This document shows, in pieces, positions 35,860 through 45,973 of a DNA stretch of 64,000 nucleotides; the stretch's first letter is position 1, and each line of letters starts with the position of its first letter. The position numbers and the translations under genes were made by a program. The notes beneath the pieces were generated by a model that was not told the DNA's origin, did not search any database, and saw nothing but the letters and a program-made list of their open reading frames with translations. The stretch is from a virus. The DNA lies in the IMG/VR virus record IMGVR_UViG_3300045988_117002. One strand, 5' to 3'.

Positions 35860-36480
35860 TTACTTTTCTCCGAAAATCTCCATAAATTTATTATACTTAA
35901 TAATCTTCGGAATATTTCCTTCTCTTTGCATTACAAATATATATTCTTTATCAATCATTCCAAGTGGCATGATAAATAATTTTGATCCTTTATATTCATT
36001 TCCACAATCATCCATGTAAAATGTATTTGCGTATACTCCTTCAGGAAAGAATTTAACATCATAAAATTCATATCTTTCACCATTGTAATTTACATATTTT
36101 CCAACGAGATTCCGCAGTAATGGAAATGATCCTTTCCCGAAACCTTTAAATGGTTTATATTCTGGAATATATTCTATGTATTCAAGATCATTTAATGTGT
36201 TATCAAGTTTATATATGTCATTATCAGAGAATTTATGCTCAGACACAAATGTTTTACTATAAAAACCATCAACTTCTGAATGACAACATTCATAAGCATA
36301 TAATGTTTTCCCAGTTTTATGATTAACATATTCTATTTCTGTCCAAGATACAAATGACTTGTTAATATTAATATCTCTTTCTTTATATTGTATATTATTT
36401 TTATTTAATGCATCAATATAATACTCATCCACTTTGTCAATTACTACAAATTCTACCCCTTCAAAATATGTTTTCTGCAT
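35860..36480 (-). CDS. hypothetical protein
   Basis: ATG 36480 behind GGAGGATAAT. Confidence 0.55.
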   Translation of the reverse strand: MQKTYFEGVEFVVIDKVDEYYIDALNKNNIQYKERDININKSFVSWTEIEYVNHKTGKTLYAYECCHSEVDGFYSKTFVSEHKFSDNDIYKLDNTLNDLEYIEYIPEYKPFKGFGKGSFPLLRNLVGKYVNYNGERYEFYDVKFFPEGVYANTFYMDDCGNEYKGSKLFIMPLGMIDKEYIFVMQREGNIPKIIKYNKFMEIFGEK

Positions 36481-36559
36481 ATTATCCTCCAAATTATACT
36501 AAAACCATCTTATTATTTTACCACATTATATACAAATTGTCCATGAGATAAGAATACTT

Positions 36560-36769
36560 TCATATATTAACTACGTTTCCGTTAAAGTTTTTCAAACGAT
36601 TAAATTCGCTCGTAGCTCTCAATAATTCGCCAGTTTCCAGAAAGAAGAATATAGTTCTTTTCGAATCCTTATGGCTCTTCTGATATTCTTCTGGTATAAA
36701 TCCTTTCAGCAAATATCCTGCCATTTTCATAGAATAAATATTTATATATCTGTTATTATTAACCCCCAT
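36560..36769 (-). CDS. hypothetical protein
   Basis: ATG 36769 behind a GGAGGTAAATATA SD. Confidence 0.5.
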   Translation of the reverse strand: MGVNNNRYINIYSMKMAGYLLKGFIPEEYQKSHKDSKRTIFFFLETGELLRATSEFNRLKNFNGNVVNI

Positions 36770-36823
36770 TATATTTACCTCCATACATATGTAATATTCG
36801 TGTTGTTTGTAAGATTCTTATAT

Positions 36824-37225
36824 CTAATTTTTAAATTTAATATTTCTTTCCTCTAAATAATCAATTAATGGTCTAAAATAAACATCTGGTTCTTTGATGC
36901 TAGAAATGTTATTTTTCGCCCATTGAAGTAATTTTTCTGATAATTCTCCACCATTCACTAAATAATTCAATTCAAGAAGATGTAATTTATCTGCTACATC
37001 TAGTGGATATTTTTCATATAAGTATTTAGATGGAAGCATACATATCCATTCTTTTGCCAAATAAGTTTTCATCTTTAATTTAGTAATTTTCGATTTTGTC
37101 AATTCGCTTATCAAATCAATTCCATCTTCTTCCATATCATTTAATCGAAAGAAATTCTGTATAACTTCTATATCAGTTCTGCCAGAAATCTGTTGTTCCG
37201 TTACTAAATCTTTTAATGTAATCAT
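36824..37225 (-). CDS. hypothetical protein
   Basis: Co-directional ORF. Confidence 0.55.
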   Translation of the reverse strand: MITLKDLVTEQQISGRTDIEVIQNFFRLNDMEEDGIDLISELTKSKITKLKMKTYLAKEWICMLPSKYLYEKYPLDVADKLHLLELNYLVNGGELSEKLLQWAKNNISSIKEPDVYFRPLIDYLEERNIKFKN

Positions 37226-37239
37226 TATCTCACTCCCTT

Positions 37240-37255
37240 TGAAAACTGGTTTTCA
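37240..37255. promoter_or_regulatory. TGAAA-N6-TTTCA palindrome, copy 9
   Basis: tgaaaactggttttca between stop of 37253..37528 and the AGGGAG SD of 36824..37225. Confidence 0.6.
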
Positions 37256-37528
37256 TCTACTCTTTTCAATCATATCAAAAATTTCATCCCAATCAGAATA
37301 ATTCTGTAATTTTTCTTGCGGAACTAATAATTCATATTCTTCTTCAATTTCTTCTCGTGATCCATATCCATTAAAACTAGGAAGACTACCAAATAATTCA
37401 TTATGTTTTTCCATTTGTCTAAAAACAACAATGCTTTTCTCTGGGAAATTTCCCATATGTGTAGCGTAACTATCAATTTGAATAATTGACTTATCTTTTT
37501 TGTTTACATAAATATCTCCAAGTTTCAT
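37253..37528 (-). CDS. hypothetical protein
   Basis: ATG 37528 behind GGAGGAAAATAAA. Confidence 0.5.
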   Translation of the reverse strand: MKLGDIYVNKKDKSIIQIDSYATHMGNFPEKSIVVFRQMEKHNELFGSLPSFNGYGSREEIEEEYELLVPQEKLQNYSDWDEIFDMIEKSR

Positions 37529-37542
37529 TTTATTTTCCTCCA

Positions 37543-37558
37543 TGAAATTCTCGTTTCA
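37543..37558. promoter_or_regulatory. TGAAA-N6-TTTCA palindrome, copy 10
   Basis: tgaaattctcgtttca abutting the GGAGG SD of 37253..37528. Confidence 0.6.
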
Positions 37559-37593
37559 AATTGACTTACACTCTCTGTATTCTGATTCTGTAA

Positions 37594-37893
37594 TTAATCC
37601 TTCATTATACATATCTTCAAGCGTTCTAAATATTGCATTCGCTCTCCAACTTGCATAACAATGACCATCAAATTCTCCAACAACTGCATCTTCATTCTCT
37701 TCTCGTTGTTTTTGTAATTTCTCTCCCAAATCCCAATTATGAAAGAAAACGCTTTATATTGAGCTGCAATAATTCTCAATAATTCTATTTCGTATTCTTG
37801 TGAAATTAATTTCTCTTGTGCATTTAATAATTCCAATCCTGCACTTCCTAATGGACTGTTCTCAATTCTATTCTTAAAATATTTGTCATTCAT
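37594..37893 (-). CDS. hypothetical protein
   Basis: Co-directional ORF; the C-terminal third looks atypical (possible frameshift). Confidence 0.4.
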   Translation of the reverse strand: MNDKYFKNRIENSPLGSAGLELLNAQEKLISQEYEIELLRIIAAQYKAFSFIIGIWERNYKNNEKRMKMQLLENLMVIVMQVGERMQYLERLKICIMKD

Positions 37894-37998
37894 AATTTTT
37901 ATTCTCCAATTATATTAACTCAACAGCGCAATAATGAATACTGCAATTCCTACATATGCGATTATACATCCTAAAGTATACATCTCATTTCCCCAATC

Positions 37999-38553
37999 TT
38001 ATTTATAAATGTTACTTGTAATATGAACAGTCGCATAATATGTTCTTCCAATCTCTTTTGCGATTTCCACATTACCCTTATTCTGTTTCATAAGAACTTT
38101 AATTCTTCTTCGTTCTTCTGGTGTGATCTTGTTTCTATGCCTTTCTGGTATGTACGAATTTTTTATACTACACATCCAATCTGGCTCTGGTAATATAGAA
38201 CCAGCTTCATATTTACGCCAGTTGATTTCTGTTTTATGATTTTTCGCCCATTCCCAAAAGTTATCAGGATCAATCAGATATCGTGTCGAATTGGAAACTT
38301 TAAACTTCTTACATGGAAGTTTTAACTTTTCAATCCATCTGATCACAACAGATATGTCACAATTGAATGCTTTTGCTATTGTTTTAGCAGCAAGGCATTC
38401 TCCGCAGTAATGATTAAGACCTAATTTCCTCGCCTTATGTTTAACAGATGATACACTTCTGTTCAAAAATTTTGCCGTAGTTTCAACTGATTGATTCAAA
38501 TACCTTCTATACATATAAGTTTCTTCATCTTTTGTCCATTCTCTTCTTCCCAT
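37999..38553 (-). CDS. HTH DNA-binding protein (Myb/SANT-like repeat)
   Basis: WTKDEETYMYRRY...TAKFLNRSVSSVKHKARKLGL plus C-terminal GNVEIAKEIGRTY HTH. Confidence 0.45.
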   Translation of the reverse strand: MGRREWTKDEETYMYRRYLNQSVETTAKFLNRSVSSVKHKARKLGLNHYCGECLAAKTIAKAFNCDISVVIRWIEKLKLPCKKFKVSNSTRYLIDPDNFWEWAKNHKTEINWRKYEAGSILPEPDWMCSIKNSYIPERHRNKITPEERRRIKVLMKQNKGNVEIAKEIGRTYYATVHITSNIYK

Positions 38554-38596
38554 ACACTACCTCTTAGCTCTAGCTTTCAATAAAATACGATTTTCA

Positions 38597-38815
38597 TTAT
38601 TCTCTAAAACAGTTTTGATAAATAACTCCATTTTCGTTTATGTGTATTTCTGTTACATTTTTTACATCTGCAAAAGTTTCGCCGTGTAAATGATTATTGA
38701 TATATTTATAAGCTTTTTCTTTTGCATCTTCTTTATTTTGAGCATATAAAATACAAATTTTACAAAATATTTCATAGCCAGTGTCTATAATTAATTTCAC
38801 TTTATAAACTTCCAT
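38597..38815 (-). CDS. hypothetical protein
   Basis: Co-directional ORF. Confidence 0.5.
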   Translation of the reverse strand: MEVYKVKLIIDTGYEIFCKICILYAQNKEDAKEKAYKYINNHLHGETFADVKNVTEIHINENGVIYQNCFRE

Positions 38816-38977
38816 AAATTTTCTCCTATTTATGCAACATTTCTCTCAACCACACATCAAAGTTAAAATTTTCCATATTTTCTTCTCTTTCTGTATAATT
38901 TCCATTATAATTACGAAAACAGTTTCCAGAATCACGCTTGTCTTTATCCCAATGTTCTACATATTTATTTGTTCCTT

Positions 38978-39196
38978 TCATTCTTTCTTCACCTCTTCCA
39001 TAAGATATGATAATCCCTTACTATAGTGACGATTGAACCAATCATATACAGCATTCTTATTAGTTCCTTTTGGAAATGCATACCATGCAGCTTTAAGATT
39101 TCCATTACGATCTACAGGAATACTCTGAAATTCTTTCCATAATGCTTCTACATTCTTATCAATTATATTCTGTAACGTTAATTCTTTTGCTTCCAT
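38978..39196 (-). CDS. hypothetical protein
   Basis: Co-directional ORF. Confidence 0.5.
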   Translation of the reverse strand: MEAKELTLQNIIDKNVEALWKEFQSIPVDRNGNLKAAWYAFPKGTNKNAVYDWFNRHYSKGLSYLMEEVKKE

Positions 39197-39408
39197 ATAG
39201 TTCTCCCATCATTTATGAATTTGTTGTATGATTTGCAAAAAGGATTAAAACATCTATCCACTAACACAAATTTCCCATTAACAAAATCAAAATACTGTTT
39301 TCTACTTTTCTGTCCGCACACATAACAATTAATCATGTTCTCATTCCATTCTTGATACTGAATCACAAATTTTCTGATTAAGTCTCTGATATATTTCCGC
39401 TGACTCAT
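39178..39408 (-). CDS. hypothetical Cys-containing protein
   Basis: CYVCGQ...CFNPFC. Confidence 0.5.
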   Translation of the reverse strand: MSQRKYIRDLIRKFVIQYQEWNENMINCYVCGQKSRKQYFDFVNGKFVLVDRCFNPFCKSYNKFINDGRTIWKQKN

Positions 39409-39771
39409 CTACTCATCTAATGCTTTAATTACAGATGTTTCATATGTTAATTTTTCTGCTCTGTAAACATTGTCAATTAAACAAATCAAACCATTTGATA
39501 AAATACTTATTTCCTTTGGTGTAAGTTCCAATTTGATTTTCCCGTTATTGTCCATAATATTTTCCTCCTGATCCTCATATTAAGTGAATTGCATTCTAAT
39601 TTTCCTTAAATCATTAACCGCATAATCACATATTGTTTGTAAACTTACGCTATCACAATCATCGTTTACCACTTTTGTTAAATCTTCGATAATTCTATCA
39701 AGATCATTTCTTAACTTTTCTGTTTCGTTGAATGTAAGAATCGTGCATTCTTTCAACATAAATATTTCCTC

Positions 39772-40230
39772 CTACAAATTAGTTGCGTTTCCATCTGCAT
39801 CGTATTTAATTGGCTCAAAATGTCCTACATACCCAATATCTGTTTCCTTATCATAAATTCTTATTGAATGACCTGTACCACCTTCAAATGAATAACGTTT
39901 ATCATCAGATTCTAATAAATTAATTATATGTTCAACAATATTACATAACTGTATGGCTTCTTCTTTCTGTTTTTCGACTTTTGTTATTTTTACATAAAAC
40001 TTATGATTAAAACACCATTTAAGTGAATGTAATACATTTAATGTTTTATCGTACGTTCCACCAATAACACATCCATATTCATAACAAAATCCTTTACTAT
40101 CATCAAAATAAATATATTCATCTTCTTCTAATCCATCAGAAAATAATTTATCTGTATTTCCTAATTGGACAGAATTAAGACCGGCTTGTAAAGTAACTTC
40201 TCTATATTCATTTGTTGGATAAAATTGCAT
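39772..40230 (-). CDS. hypothetical protein
   Basis: Co-directional ORF. Confidence 0.55.
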   Translation of the reverse strand: MQFYPTNEYREVTLQAGLNSVQLGNTDKLFSDGLEEDEYIYFDDSKGFCYEYGCVIGGTYDKTLNVLHSLKWCFNHKFYVKITKVEKQKEEAIQLCNIVEHIINLLESDDKRYSFEGGTGHSIRIYDKETDIGYVGHFEPIKYDADGNATNL

Positions 40231-40468
40231 ATGTATTCCCTGTTCCTTTCTGCAAATTAATTAGTTTTATAAATATTACTTTATGATTCGTAATTTCCTT
40301 TTTGAACTTCATTTTTAATGTAAAGTGGAATAATCCCAAATAACCAAAATGAAGTTTGCTTTATATATTGTTCACCAACTTTTGTATAATAACCAGATTG
40401 CTTAACTTTTTTAATGTAAAATCTTTCTCTTTTAACTAACATATAACAATCTCCTTTCGATCAAAAAT

Positions 40469-40846
40469 CTATTCTAATTCTTCTATTGAAAATCCATATT
40501 TTTCTTCGAATTCATTTTCCCCGTAAGTCTCTAACATATCCATAATATTAGGATGTTGCCAATCAACAAATTCAAATAATTCTTCTGCTACATCTTTGTG
40601 TCCATTACATTCTTCTACAAAATCATTTCCCGTATAACAACTATGAAGAACATTTTTAATTTCTTCCTTATTTAATTTTGTATCTATATTAATTTCATTC
40701 AAATCAATATCTGGAATATAAATAATATCATCAGTTATTTCAAAATCACTTTTATATATAATACAGTCCTGTCCATCCGAAAAATGAAATAAATCTTTAA
40801 GTCTATATCCTTCGATTAATTTTTTCTTTAATTCTTTTGCTGTCAT
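40469..40846 (-). CDS. hypothetical acidic protein
   Basis: Co-directional ORF. Confidence 0.55.
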   Translation of the reverse strand: MTAKELKKKLIEGYRLKDLFHFSDGQDCIIYKSDFEITDDIIYIPDIDLNEINIDTKLNKEEIKNVLHSCYTGNDFVEECNGHKDVAEELFEFVDWQHPNIMDMLETYGENEFEEKYGFSIEELE

Positions 40847-40879
40847 ATTTATTATTCCTTTCTTAAAATCATCATTTCA

Positions 40880-41083
40880 TTAAAATCCTAAAATCATCAA
40901 TATAATTGCTACTACTAACATTACAAATGACATCAAAGCTAAAAATACTCTCTCACCATCTCTTTCGTCATTATAATTTGTAAGTATATACCAACAAGCC
41001 AAACTGATTATCGCACTCGAAATACTTCTCATAATTTCCTCCAATTCTTCTTTTATATTATAATTTGTTAATTTCTTCTGCAA
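40880..41083 (-). CDS. small membrane protein
   Basis: Two hydrophobic segments. Confidence 0.5.
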   Translation of the reverse strand: MQKKLTNYNIKEELEEIMRSISSAIISLACWYILTNYNDERDGERVFLALMSFVMLVVAIILMILGF

Positions 41084-41276
41084 TTTTCTTCAATACATTA
41101 CCGCCTTCTATTTTCTCAATGCTATCTCCATTTTCCCATATTGTTAAAATTGGGTAATCATTATATTGTGGATCAAAATAAGTTTTGTCACACATTTTCT
41201 TTCTTATCATGTTAATATCTTCTGATATACAAGCAGTGCGCCCTGTGTTGTATTCTTCTAATATATATATTTTCAT
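41058..41276 (-). CDS. hypothetical protein
   Basis: AGGAGG SD. Confidence 0.5.
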   Translation of the reverse strand: MKIYILEEYNTGRTACISEDINMIRKKMCDKTYFDPQYNDYPILTIWENGDSIEKIEGGNVLKKIAEEINKL

Positions 41277-41289
41277 TTAATTTTCCTCC

Positions 41290-41305
41290 TGAAACTCTTG
41301 TTTCA
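41290..41305. promoter_or_regulatory. TGAAA-N6-TTTCA palindrome, copy 11
   Basis: tgaaactcttgtttca fused to the AGGAGG SD of 41058..41276, 5 nt after the upstream stop. Confidence 0.6.
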
Positions 41306-41310
41306 ATCTA

Positions 41311-41538
41311 TTACACTAAATCATCAATCTCAATCACATCTGGATTATCACTAAACCATGTATCGTTCTCAGAAATTTCCTTTAATTCAATAAAATCACA
41401 TTCTGGATTATATTCATTGGAATGTTTTAAATATGCTGTTTTAACTTTCTCTCTTGCATCATCGTATGATTTAGCTTTAACAATCCCGATTGCTAAATGT
41501 TCAATTCTATATCCGTATAATCCTTCTATATTTAACAT
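41311..41538 (-). CDS. hypothetical protein
   Basis: Co-directional ORF. Confidence 0.5.
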   Translation of the reverse strand: MLNIEGLYGYRIEHLAIGIVKAKSYDDAREKVKTAYLKHSNEYNPECDFIELKEISENDTWFSDNPDVIEIDDLV

Positions 41539-41562
41539 AACATTTCCCTCAGTTCTTCAATT

Positions 41563-41578
41563 TGAAATATCTCTTTCA
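41563..41578. promoter_or_regulatory. TGAAA-N6-TTTCA palindrome, copy 12
   Basis: tgaaatatctctttca in the 54-nt gap between a terminator and the start of 41311..41538; I see no sigma-A promoter in that gap. Confidence 0.6.
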
Positions 41579-41592
41579 TCTGTTAATTCTCT

Positions 41593-41634
41593 GTTAATTA
41601 AAACAGGTGGCACTCTATATCAAGTACCACCTGT
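41593..41634 (-). terminator. rho-independent terminator after the antirepressor gene
   Basis: Minus strand ACAGGTGG..CCACCTGT 8-bp stem followed by TTTTAATTA. Confidence 0.6.
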
Positions 41635-41646
41635 AAGTATGTAATA

Positions 41647-42384
41647 TTATCGTTCTGTATATTCCCATTCTGCGATAAAGTCAAACGCTTCATTGTAATA
41701 CATAGGGTTTAAATCCTTATAAGAACTACATCCAAACCTTTCCTTTAATTCATTCCACATATTGATAAAATAGCTTTTGGAATAGCATTTGTATTTAGTC
41801 CCATGCGCTCCATCCAGAAGTTTATCGATTCTGTCTTTCGCTGCTTTATATAACTTCTGTTGCTGTCTAGTGGATAACGTCATATTTTCCACCATCTTGT
41901 TGAGCATTTCTGTCTGTTCTCCGAGAAGATCTTCCATTGCGTTAATTTGAACTTGCATTCCTTCAATACGTCCTGTAAGTCCTAAATCATTAAAAAATTC
42001 TTGTTTCTGTTCTTCTGTTCCGAAAAATGCCTCGTGAAGTGTTTTAGCAGCTTTTAACTGATATAAAACAAGTTTTTGTACACCTTCTGGATTATTCCTT
42101 CTCATAGTAGGAGTAAGAGAAATTTTAGCAAGCCATAGTGTAACATAATCTTCAACGACACATAATGTTTCCTGTTCTCCACCTTTGGAAGGGTAACGCA
42201 AAATTGCGATTCCTTTTGAAAGCACGATATCTTTTCTTGCATTTTCAACCTGTCTCCTAGTCTGACCATCCGAAAACCCTAAGTCATAACAAACATTTCT
42301 GATTGCCAACCATAATTTTCCAGAATCATCTTTGATTCCTAACAGTTCACTACCTTCAAATGGAATTTTCTTTGTTTCTACCAT
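41647..42384 (-). CDS. phage antirepressor-type protein (Bro-N-like N-terminus, ORF6C-like C-terminus)
   Basis: IPFEGSELLGIKDDSGKLWLAIRNVCYDLGF (Bro-N-like); C-terminal QQKLYKAAKDRI...YKDLNPMYYNEAFDFI (ORF6C-like); ATG 42384 behind AGGAGGA. Confidence 0.55.
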   Translation of the reverse strand: MVETKKIPFEGSELLGIKDDSGKLWLAIRNVCYDLGFSDGQTRRQVENARKDIVLSKGIAILRYPSKGGEQETLCVVEDYVTLWLAKISLTPTMRRNNPEGVQKLVLYQLKAAKTLHEAFFGTEEQKQEFFNDLGLTGRIEGMQVQINAMEDLLGEQTEMLNKMVENMTLSTRQQQKLYKAAKDRIDKLLDGAHGTKYKCYSKSYFINMWNELKERFGCSSYKDLNPMYYNEAFDFIAEWEYTER

Positions 42385-42452
42385 AATTGATTCCTCCTGT
42401 ACTTGCATATTATTTAGTTCTCAATGTGCATTTGTAAAATATTGGAAATTTT

Positions 42453-42501
42453 CTGATTGACTAATCGTGTTGAAATGATATATAATAGATAAGTCAATCA
42501 G
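42453..42501. promoter_or_regulatory. 10-bp inverted repeat CTGATTGACT / AGTCAATCAG
   Basis: Arms at 42453-42462 and 42492-42501 bracket a TATAAT-containing spacer upstream of the antirepressor gene. Confidence 0.5.
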
Positions 42502-42569
42502 TTAATGGTTTTCCATGCTGATGGCGGTTAATGGTGGTTTCTAGTTTCTCAGGCTGTGAACCACCATTT

Positions 42570-42725
42570 CTATTTCTGCTTATCTTTCTCCCGTTCTACA
42601 AGAATCATTCTTATGAGATTAGAAAAATTTGTCCCCTTTTCTTGTGCTTCTCTTTCCAATGATTCCTCCAATTCTTTTGAAATATAAACAGACTTTCTTA
42701 TTCCATTCTGCTTAGGTTTCGCCAT
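42570..42725 (-). CDS. ribbon-helix-helix (CopG/Arc-like) regulator, 51 aa
   Basis: Hand-translated MAKPKQNGIRKSVYISKELEESLEREAQEKGTNFSNLIRMILVEREKDKQK; AGGAGG SD; below track threshold. Confidence 0.6.
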   Translation of the reverse strand: MAKPKQNGIRKSVYISKELEESLEREAQEKGTNFSNLIRMILVEREKDKQK

Positions 42726-42748
42726 TGGATTTCCTCCTTACGTCTATT

Positions 42749-42777
42749 ATATTATCATTTTAACAGGTACTTGTCAA
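42749..42777 (-). promoter_or_regulatory. sigma-A promoter of the 42.6-kb RHH gene
   Basis: Minus strand TTGACA (42777-42772), 17 nt, TAATAT (42754-42749); the spacer contains ACAGGTACTTGT. Confidence 0.6.
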
Positions 42778-42861
42778 CATCTATTTTCATTATTTTTATG
42801 TTCATAAGCACTATCATAGTTACTAAAATTTCCATTCTAGCAACTACTAACTACAAACGAA

Positions 42862-43122
42862 TCATGCTATATGTAATCCTGATGCTTTCAATAATGCTTC
42901 AAATGCGTTTATCAATTCTATCCTCATTTTCTTTTTAGCAACTGAACCTTTTCCGCCTTCTCTTATACTATCATCCAGGCGTGTTTTGTATTTTCTTACT
43001 TTATCATTCGCAAACAGATCAATCTCTTCTATTTTTCCGTTATCCATCTGCATTCTCATAAAAACGTGTGTATTCTGTTTATTTCCATCTGTATACTCTA
43101 TGAAGCTTGCTAAATTCTGCAT
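42862..43122 (-). CDS. hypothetical protein
   Basis: ATG 43122 behind TGGAGGATATAC; a 22-codon hydrophobic micro-ORF lies upstream. Confidence 0.5.
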   Translation of the reverse strand: MQNLASFIEYTDGNKQNTHVFMRMQMDNGKIEEIDLFANDKVRKYKTRLDDSIREGGKGSVAKKKMRIELINAFEALLKASGLHIA

Positions 43123-43294
43123 ATGTATATCCTCCATCAACTCAGTATTGCTACTATAATAAGTATTGTAAGTCCAATTCCCAAACAATAACCTAACTCG
43201 TACATTTTAATCTTCTCCTTTAATCCTGTTCTAAGTATAAAATTAGCCTTATAGATTTATTCTCTACAAGGCTATAAAAGATACATTTCATCTG

Positions 43295-43492
43295 TTAGTC
43301 TTCATCTGGTTCATCCCATCCGTATGTATCTCTAACTTGTTCTAAAATATCATCACTGGAAATCATAGCACTACAACAAAGACATATAGGGATGGTTTTC
43401 TGTACACGTTTTCCATTTTTCTTTCCATGATATGTATATTTCCCAATAGGCACTCTATTATTAGTTGTATTACAATACCAACAATTTGACAT
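43295..43492 (-). CDS. zinc-ribbon protein
   Basis: CWYCN...CLCC; ATG 43492 behind GGAGGAAATAG. Confidence 0.55.
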   Translation of the reverse strand: MSNCWYCNTTNNRVPIGKYTYHGKKNGKRVQKTIPICLCCSAMISSDDILEQVRDTYGWDEPDED

Positions 43493-43532
43493 AACTATTT
43501 CCTCCATAACGTTCTTTATATATTATTTCCTA

Positions 43533-44615
43533 TCATTCCTTATATAAAGGATTTACACCAGCAGATTTTTCAATAGTCTTTCTTGCATTCTCAATCATCT
43601 GTTCTGCATTTCCCATATTGTCAATGTTTACTTTTAAATTTTCCATAGCTTCTGAACGTGTTTTCCCTTTTGCTATCAGCAAACCAACTCTTTTAACAGA
43701 TATTTTCCATTCGTCATTATCACGTAATATAAAGAAATCTATTCCATATTTAGTAAAACATTCTGCAATAACTTTTCTCCATGCAGAATGATCTTTATTA
43801 TGAAATACAATGTAAACTTCCTGGATGTCTTTTTCTTTGTGTTCTGCTTTCTTACGTGGATTATACTCAACAGGTTCTTTAAAATCTGAACTCGTAATAT
43901 TTTCCAGATATGCCATTCTTTCCTTATAACCTTTAGGAAGTTTCAAGCCTGTTACACACTCAAAGATTTTAATGCTTGCTTTATTTCCATTATGTAAACG
44001 TTCTTTAATCTGGTTCTTACAATATGGAATATCATAATAATGGATTAATGGCAATAAATTATAATTCCATTTCTTTTCCATGCCATATACATCAAGAAAA
44101 ATATCATCAATAATTTTAGTTTCCATTTCTGGTAAACGTTCCATATCTTCTGCAAGTAAAGTCTTAACACGTTCTATTTCTTTCCGTTCCTGTTCTACTT
44201 TTCCCAACGCAGCACGTTCATTTTCTTCCTGTAAACGTTTCTGTTCTTCCATATATACTTTATGGTCTGCAATAGCTTTTTTCATAGCTTGTTCTGTATC
44301 AAGTCCGTTATTGATAAGGTATTCAACAAAACCATATTCTGTCTTTTTCAATTCTATATAAGTCTTTTCATTCTTGTTGACAAACTTATATAATGTTTTC
44401 GGTTTGGTCAATTCGCCATTACGCTTATAGTATGTATAGTTCTCTACTTTTTCCAGATAGTAACCTTCTAAAAGCTTTAAGCAAAGATAATCTACCATAT
44501 TATATATTTTTCCATCATATCTAATTAATTTGTCAAATAAGTTTTCCACTTTTGTTTTACGTGGTTCTTTGATATTGTCTGTAAATCCGAAATAAAAGCT
44601 ATCTGTTTCAATCAT
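43533..44615 (-). CDS. hypothetical protein
   Basis: 360-aa ORF with a central coiled coil. Confidence 0.6.
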   Translation of the reverse strand: MIETDSFYFGFTDNIKEPRKTKVENLFDKLIRYDGKIYNMVDYLCLKLLEGYYLEKVENYTYYKRNGELTKPKTLYKFVNKNEKTYIELKKTEYGFVEYLINNGLDTEQAMKKAIADHKVYMEEQKRLQEENERAALGKVEQERKEIERVKTLLAEDMERLPEMETKIIDDIFLDVYGMEKKWNYNLLPLIHYYDIPYCKNQIKERLHNGNKASIKIFECVTGLKLPKGYKERMAYLENITSSDFKEPVEYNPRKKAEHKEKDIQEVYIVFHNKDHSAWRKVIAECFTKYGIDFFILRDNDEWKISVKRVGLLIAKGKTRSEAMENLKVNIDNMGNAEQMIENARKTIEKSAGVNPLYKE

Positions 44616-44629
44616 ATTCTTATCCTCCA

Positions 44630-45139
44630 TCACTTACATTTAAAACTGTCTAATACGTTCTTTAAATTTTCCAACTGATTCTCTGCTTCTGTTCTTGCGT
44701 ATTCGTCAACAAGAAATTGTTTTCTTTCCTGTCTACATTCTTCAAGAACATTCTGTAGTTTTGTATCTATACTATTAATGATAACAGTTTCCGCTGTTTC
44801 CCAGTCCTCTACTTCTTGCGATTCTCTTTCTTTAAGGTAACGATTGTATAAATCACGTTCCTGTAATTTCTGTTCTATGTCATCATCTGGAATAGGATCG
44901 TCAATCCAATTCTGCATACAGAAATGTAACAATTCTATTGATTTTCCATTGTATGTAGACATATGGAAACTATTTCCACCAGCTACGTCATACCACATTG
45001 TTATAATTCCATCTTCTGAAATTTCTACAATGTAGCGTAAATTTTTATTCTCTAAAGCTGATTTATACGCTTCAATTCCTTTATGGATGATTCTTTCTTT
45101 ATTCTGTTCAATCAGTTCTAGCCATTCTCTGTTAGTCAT
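44630..45139 (-). CDS. hypothetical protein
   Basis: ATG 45139 behind GGAGGTATAAGA. Confidence 0.55.
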   Translation of the reverse strand: MTNREWLELIEQNKERIIHKGIEAYKSALENKNLRYIVEISEDGIITMWYDVAGGNSFHMSTYNGKSIELLHFCMQNWIDDPIPDDDIEQKLQERDLYNRYLKERESQEVEDWETAETVIINSIDTKLQNVLEECRQERKQFLVDEYARTEAENQLENLKNVLDSFKCK

Positions 45140-45215
45140 TCTTATACCTCCAAAATTTTCCACTAAAAAAGGAAACTAATTCAATTTAGTCTCCTTTTTA
45201 GTATTCTCTATTATT

Positions 45216-45467
45216 CTATTCTTCATCATATCTTTCATTAATGACATCTATAATATCATCCAGATACATTTCTTCATTGTATGTTGATTGATTAGAAATT
45301 TCTAATATTTTATTATCTATATCAAAATTAAAATAAATACCGTAATCAATTCCTCCTGCATTAATTGTCACTGTCCATTCATCAATGTTATTTACTCCGT
45401 TATTTACTTTATTCAAACAATACGCAAGTGAGTTTACACTCCTTTCAATGTCCACTGAATATCTCAT
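45216..45467 (-). CDS. hypothetical protein
   Basis: Co-directional ORF. Confidence 0.5.
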   Translation of the reverse strand: MRYSVDIERSVNSLAYCLNKVNNGVNNIDEWTVTINAGGIDYGIYFNFDIDNKILEISNQSTYNEEMYLDDIIDVINERYDEE

Positions 45468-45528
45468 TCTTATTTCCTCCTATTCTCACATTCCATAGAA
45501 AACACTTTCTTTTCTATTTTTAATCATT

Positions 45529-45717
45529 CTAGCATGCTGATTTTACAATTCTATAATCCTGTTCTTCCCATCCATCTGCAATAAGATCGTCATACAATTT
45601 ATTAAATTCTTCTGCATTGTAAATAGTTCCTAAACCCTCTGTAATATCTCGATACTCACCATCTCCAAAATCCCAAAAGACTTTCTCTTCCGTTCCTTTT
45701 TTTATTACTATATCCAT
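45529..45717 (-). CDS. hypothetical protein
   Basis: Co-directional ORF. Confidence 0.5.
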   Translation of the reverse strand: MDIVIKKGTEEKVFWDFGDGEYRDITEGLGTIYNAEEFNKLYDDLIADGWEEQDYRIVKSAC

Positions 45718-45730
45718 GTGCTATCCCCCT

Positions 45731-45973
45731 TTACAATATCTCAACTTCTTTCACATTCCATGTGATTTTTGTTAAATCATCAGAAATTTTCCCATCATAA
45801 CTCTGATGTGTAGAATCCCATATGAGTTCTACTGTATCATCTGGACGTACACAAGCCCATAAATGATCATGATTTACTTTTGTGATACAGATAATTCCTG
45901 TATCGTCAAATGTTCTATGCTTTTCTGCTCTTTCCTGTTTTAATAATTCCATTGCTTTTTCATAATTTGTCAT
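45731..45973 (-). CDS. hypothetical protein
   Basis: Co-directional ORF. Confidence 0.5.
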   Translation of the reverse strand: MTNYEKAMELLKQERAEKHRTFDDTGIICITKVNHDHLWACVRPDDTVELIWDSTHQSYDGKISDDLTKITWNVKEVEIL

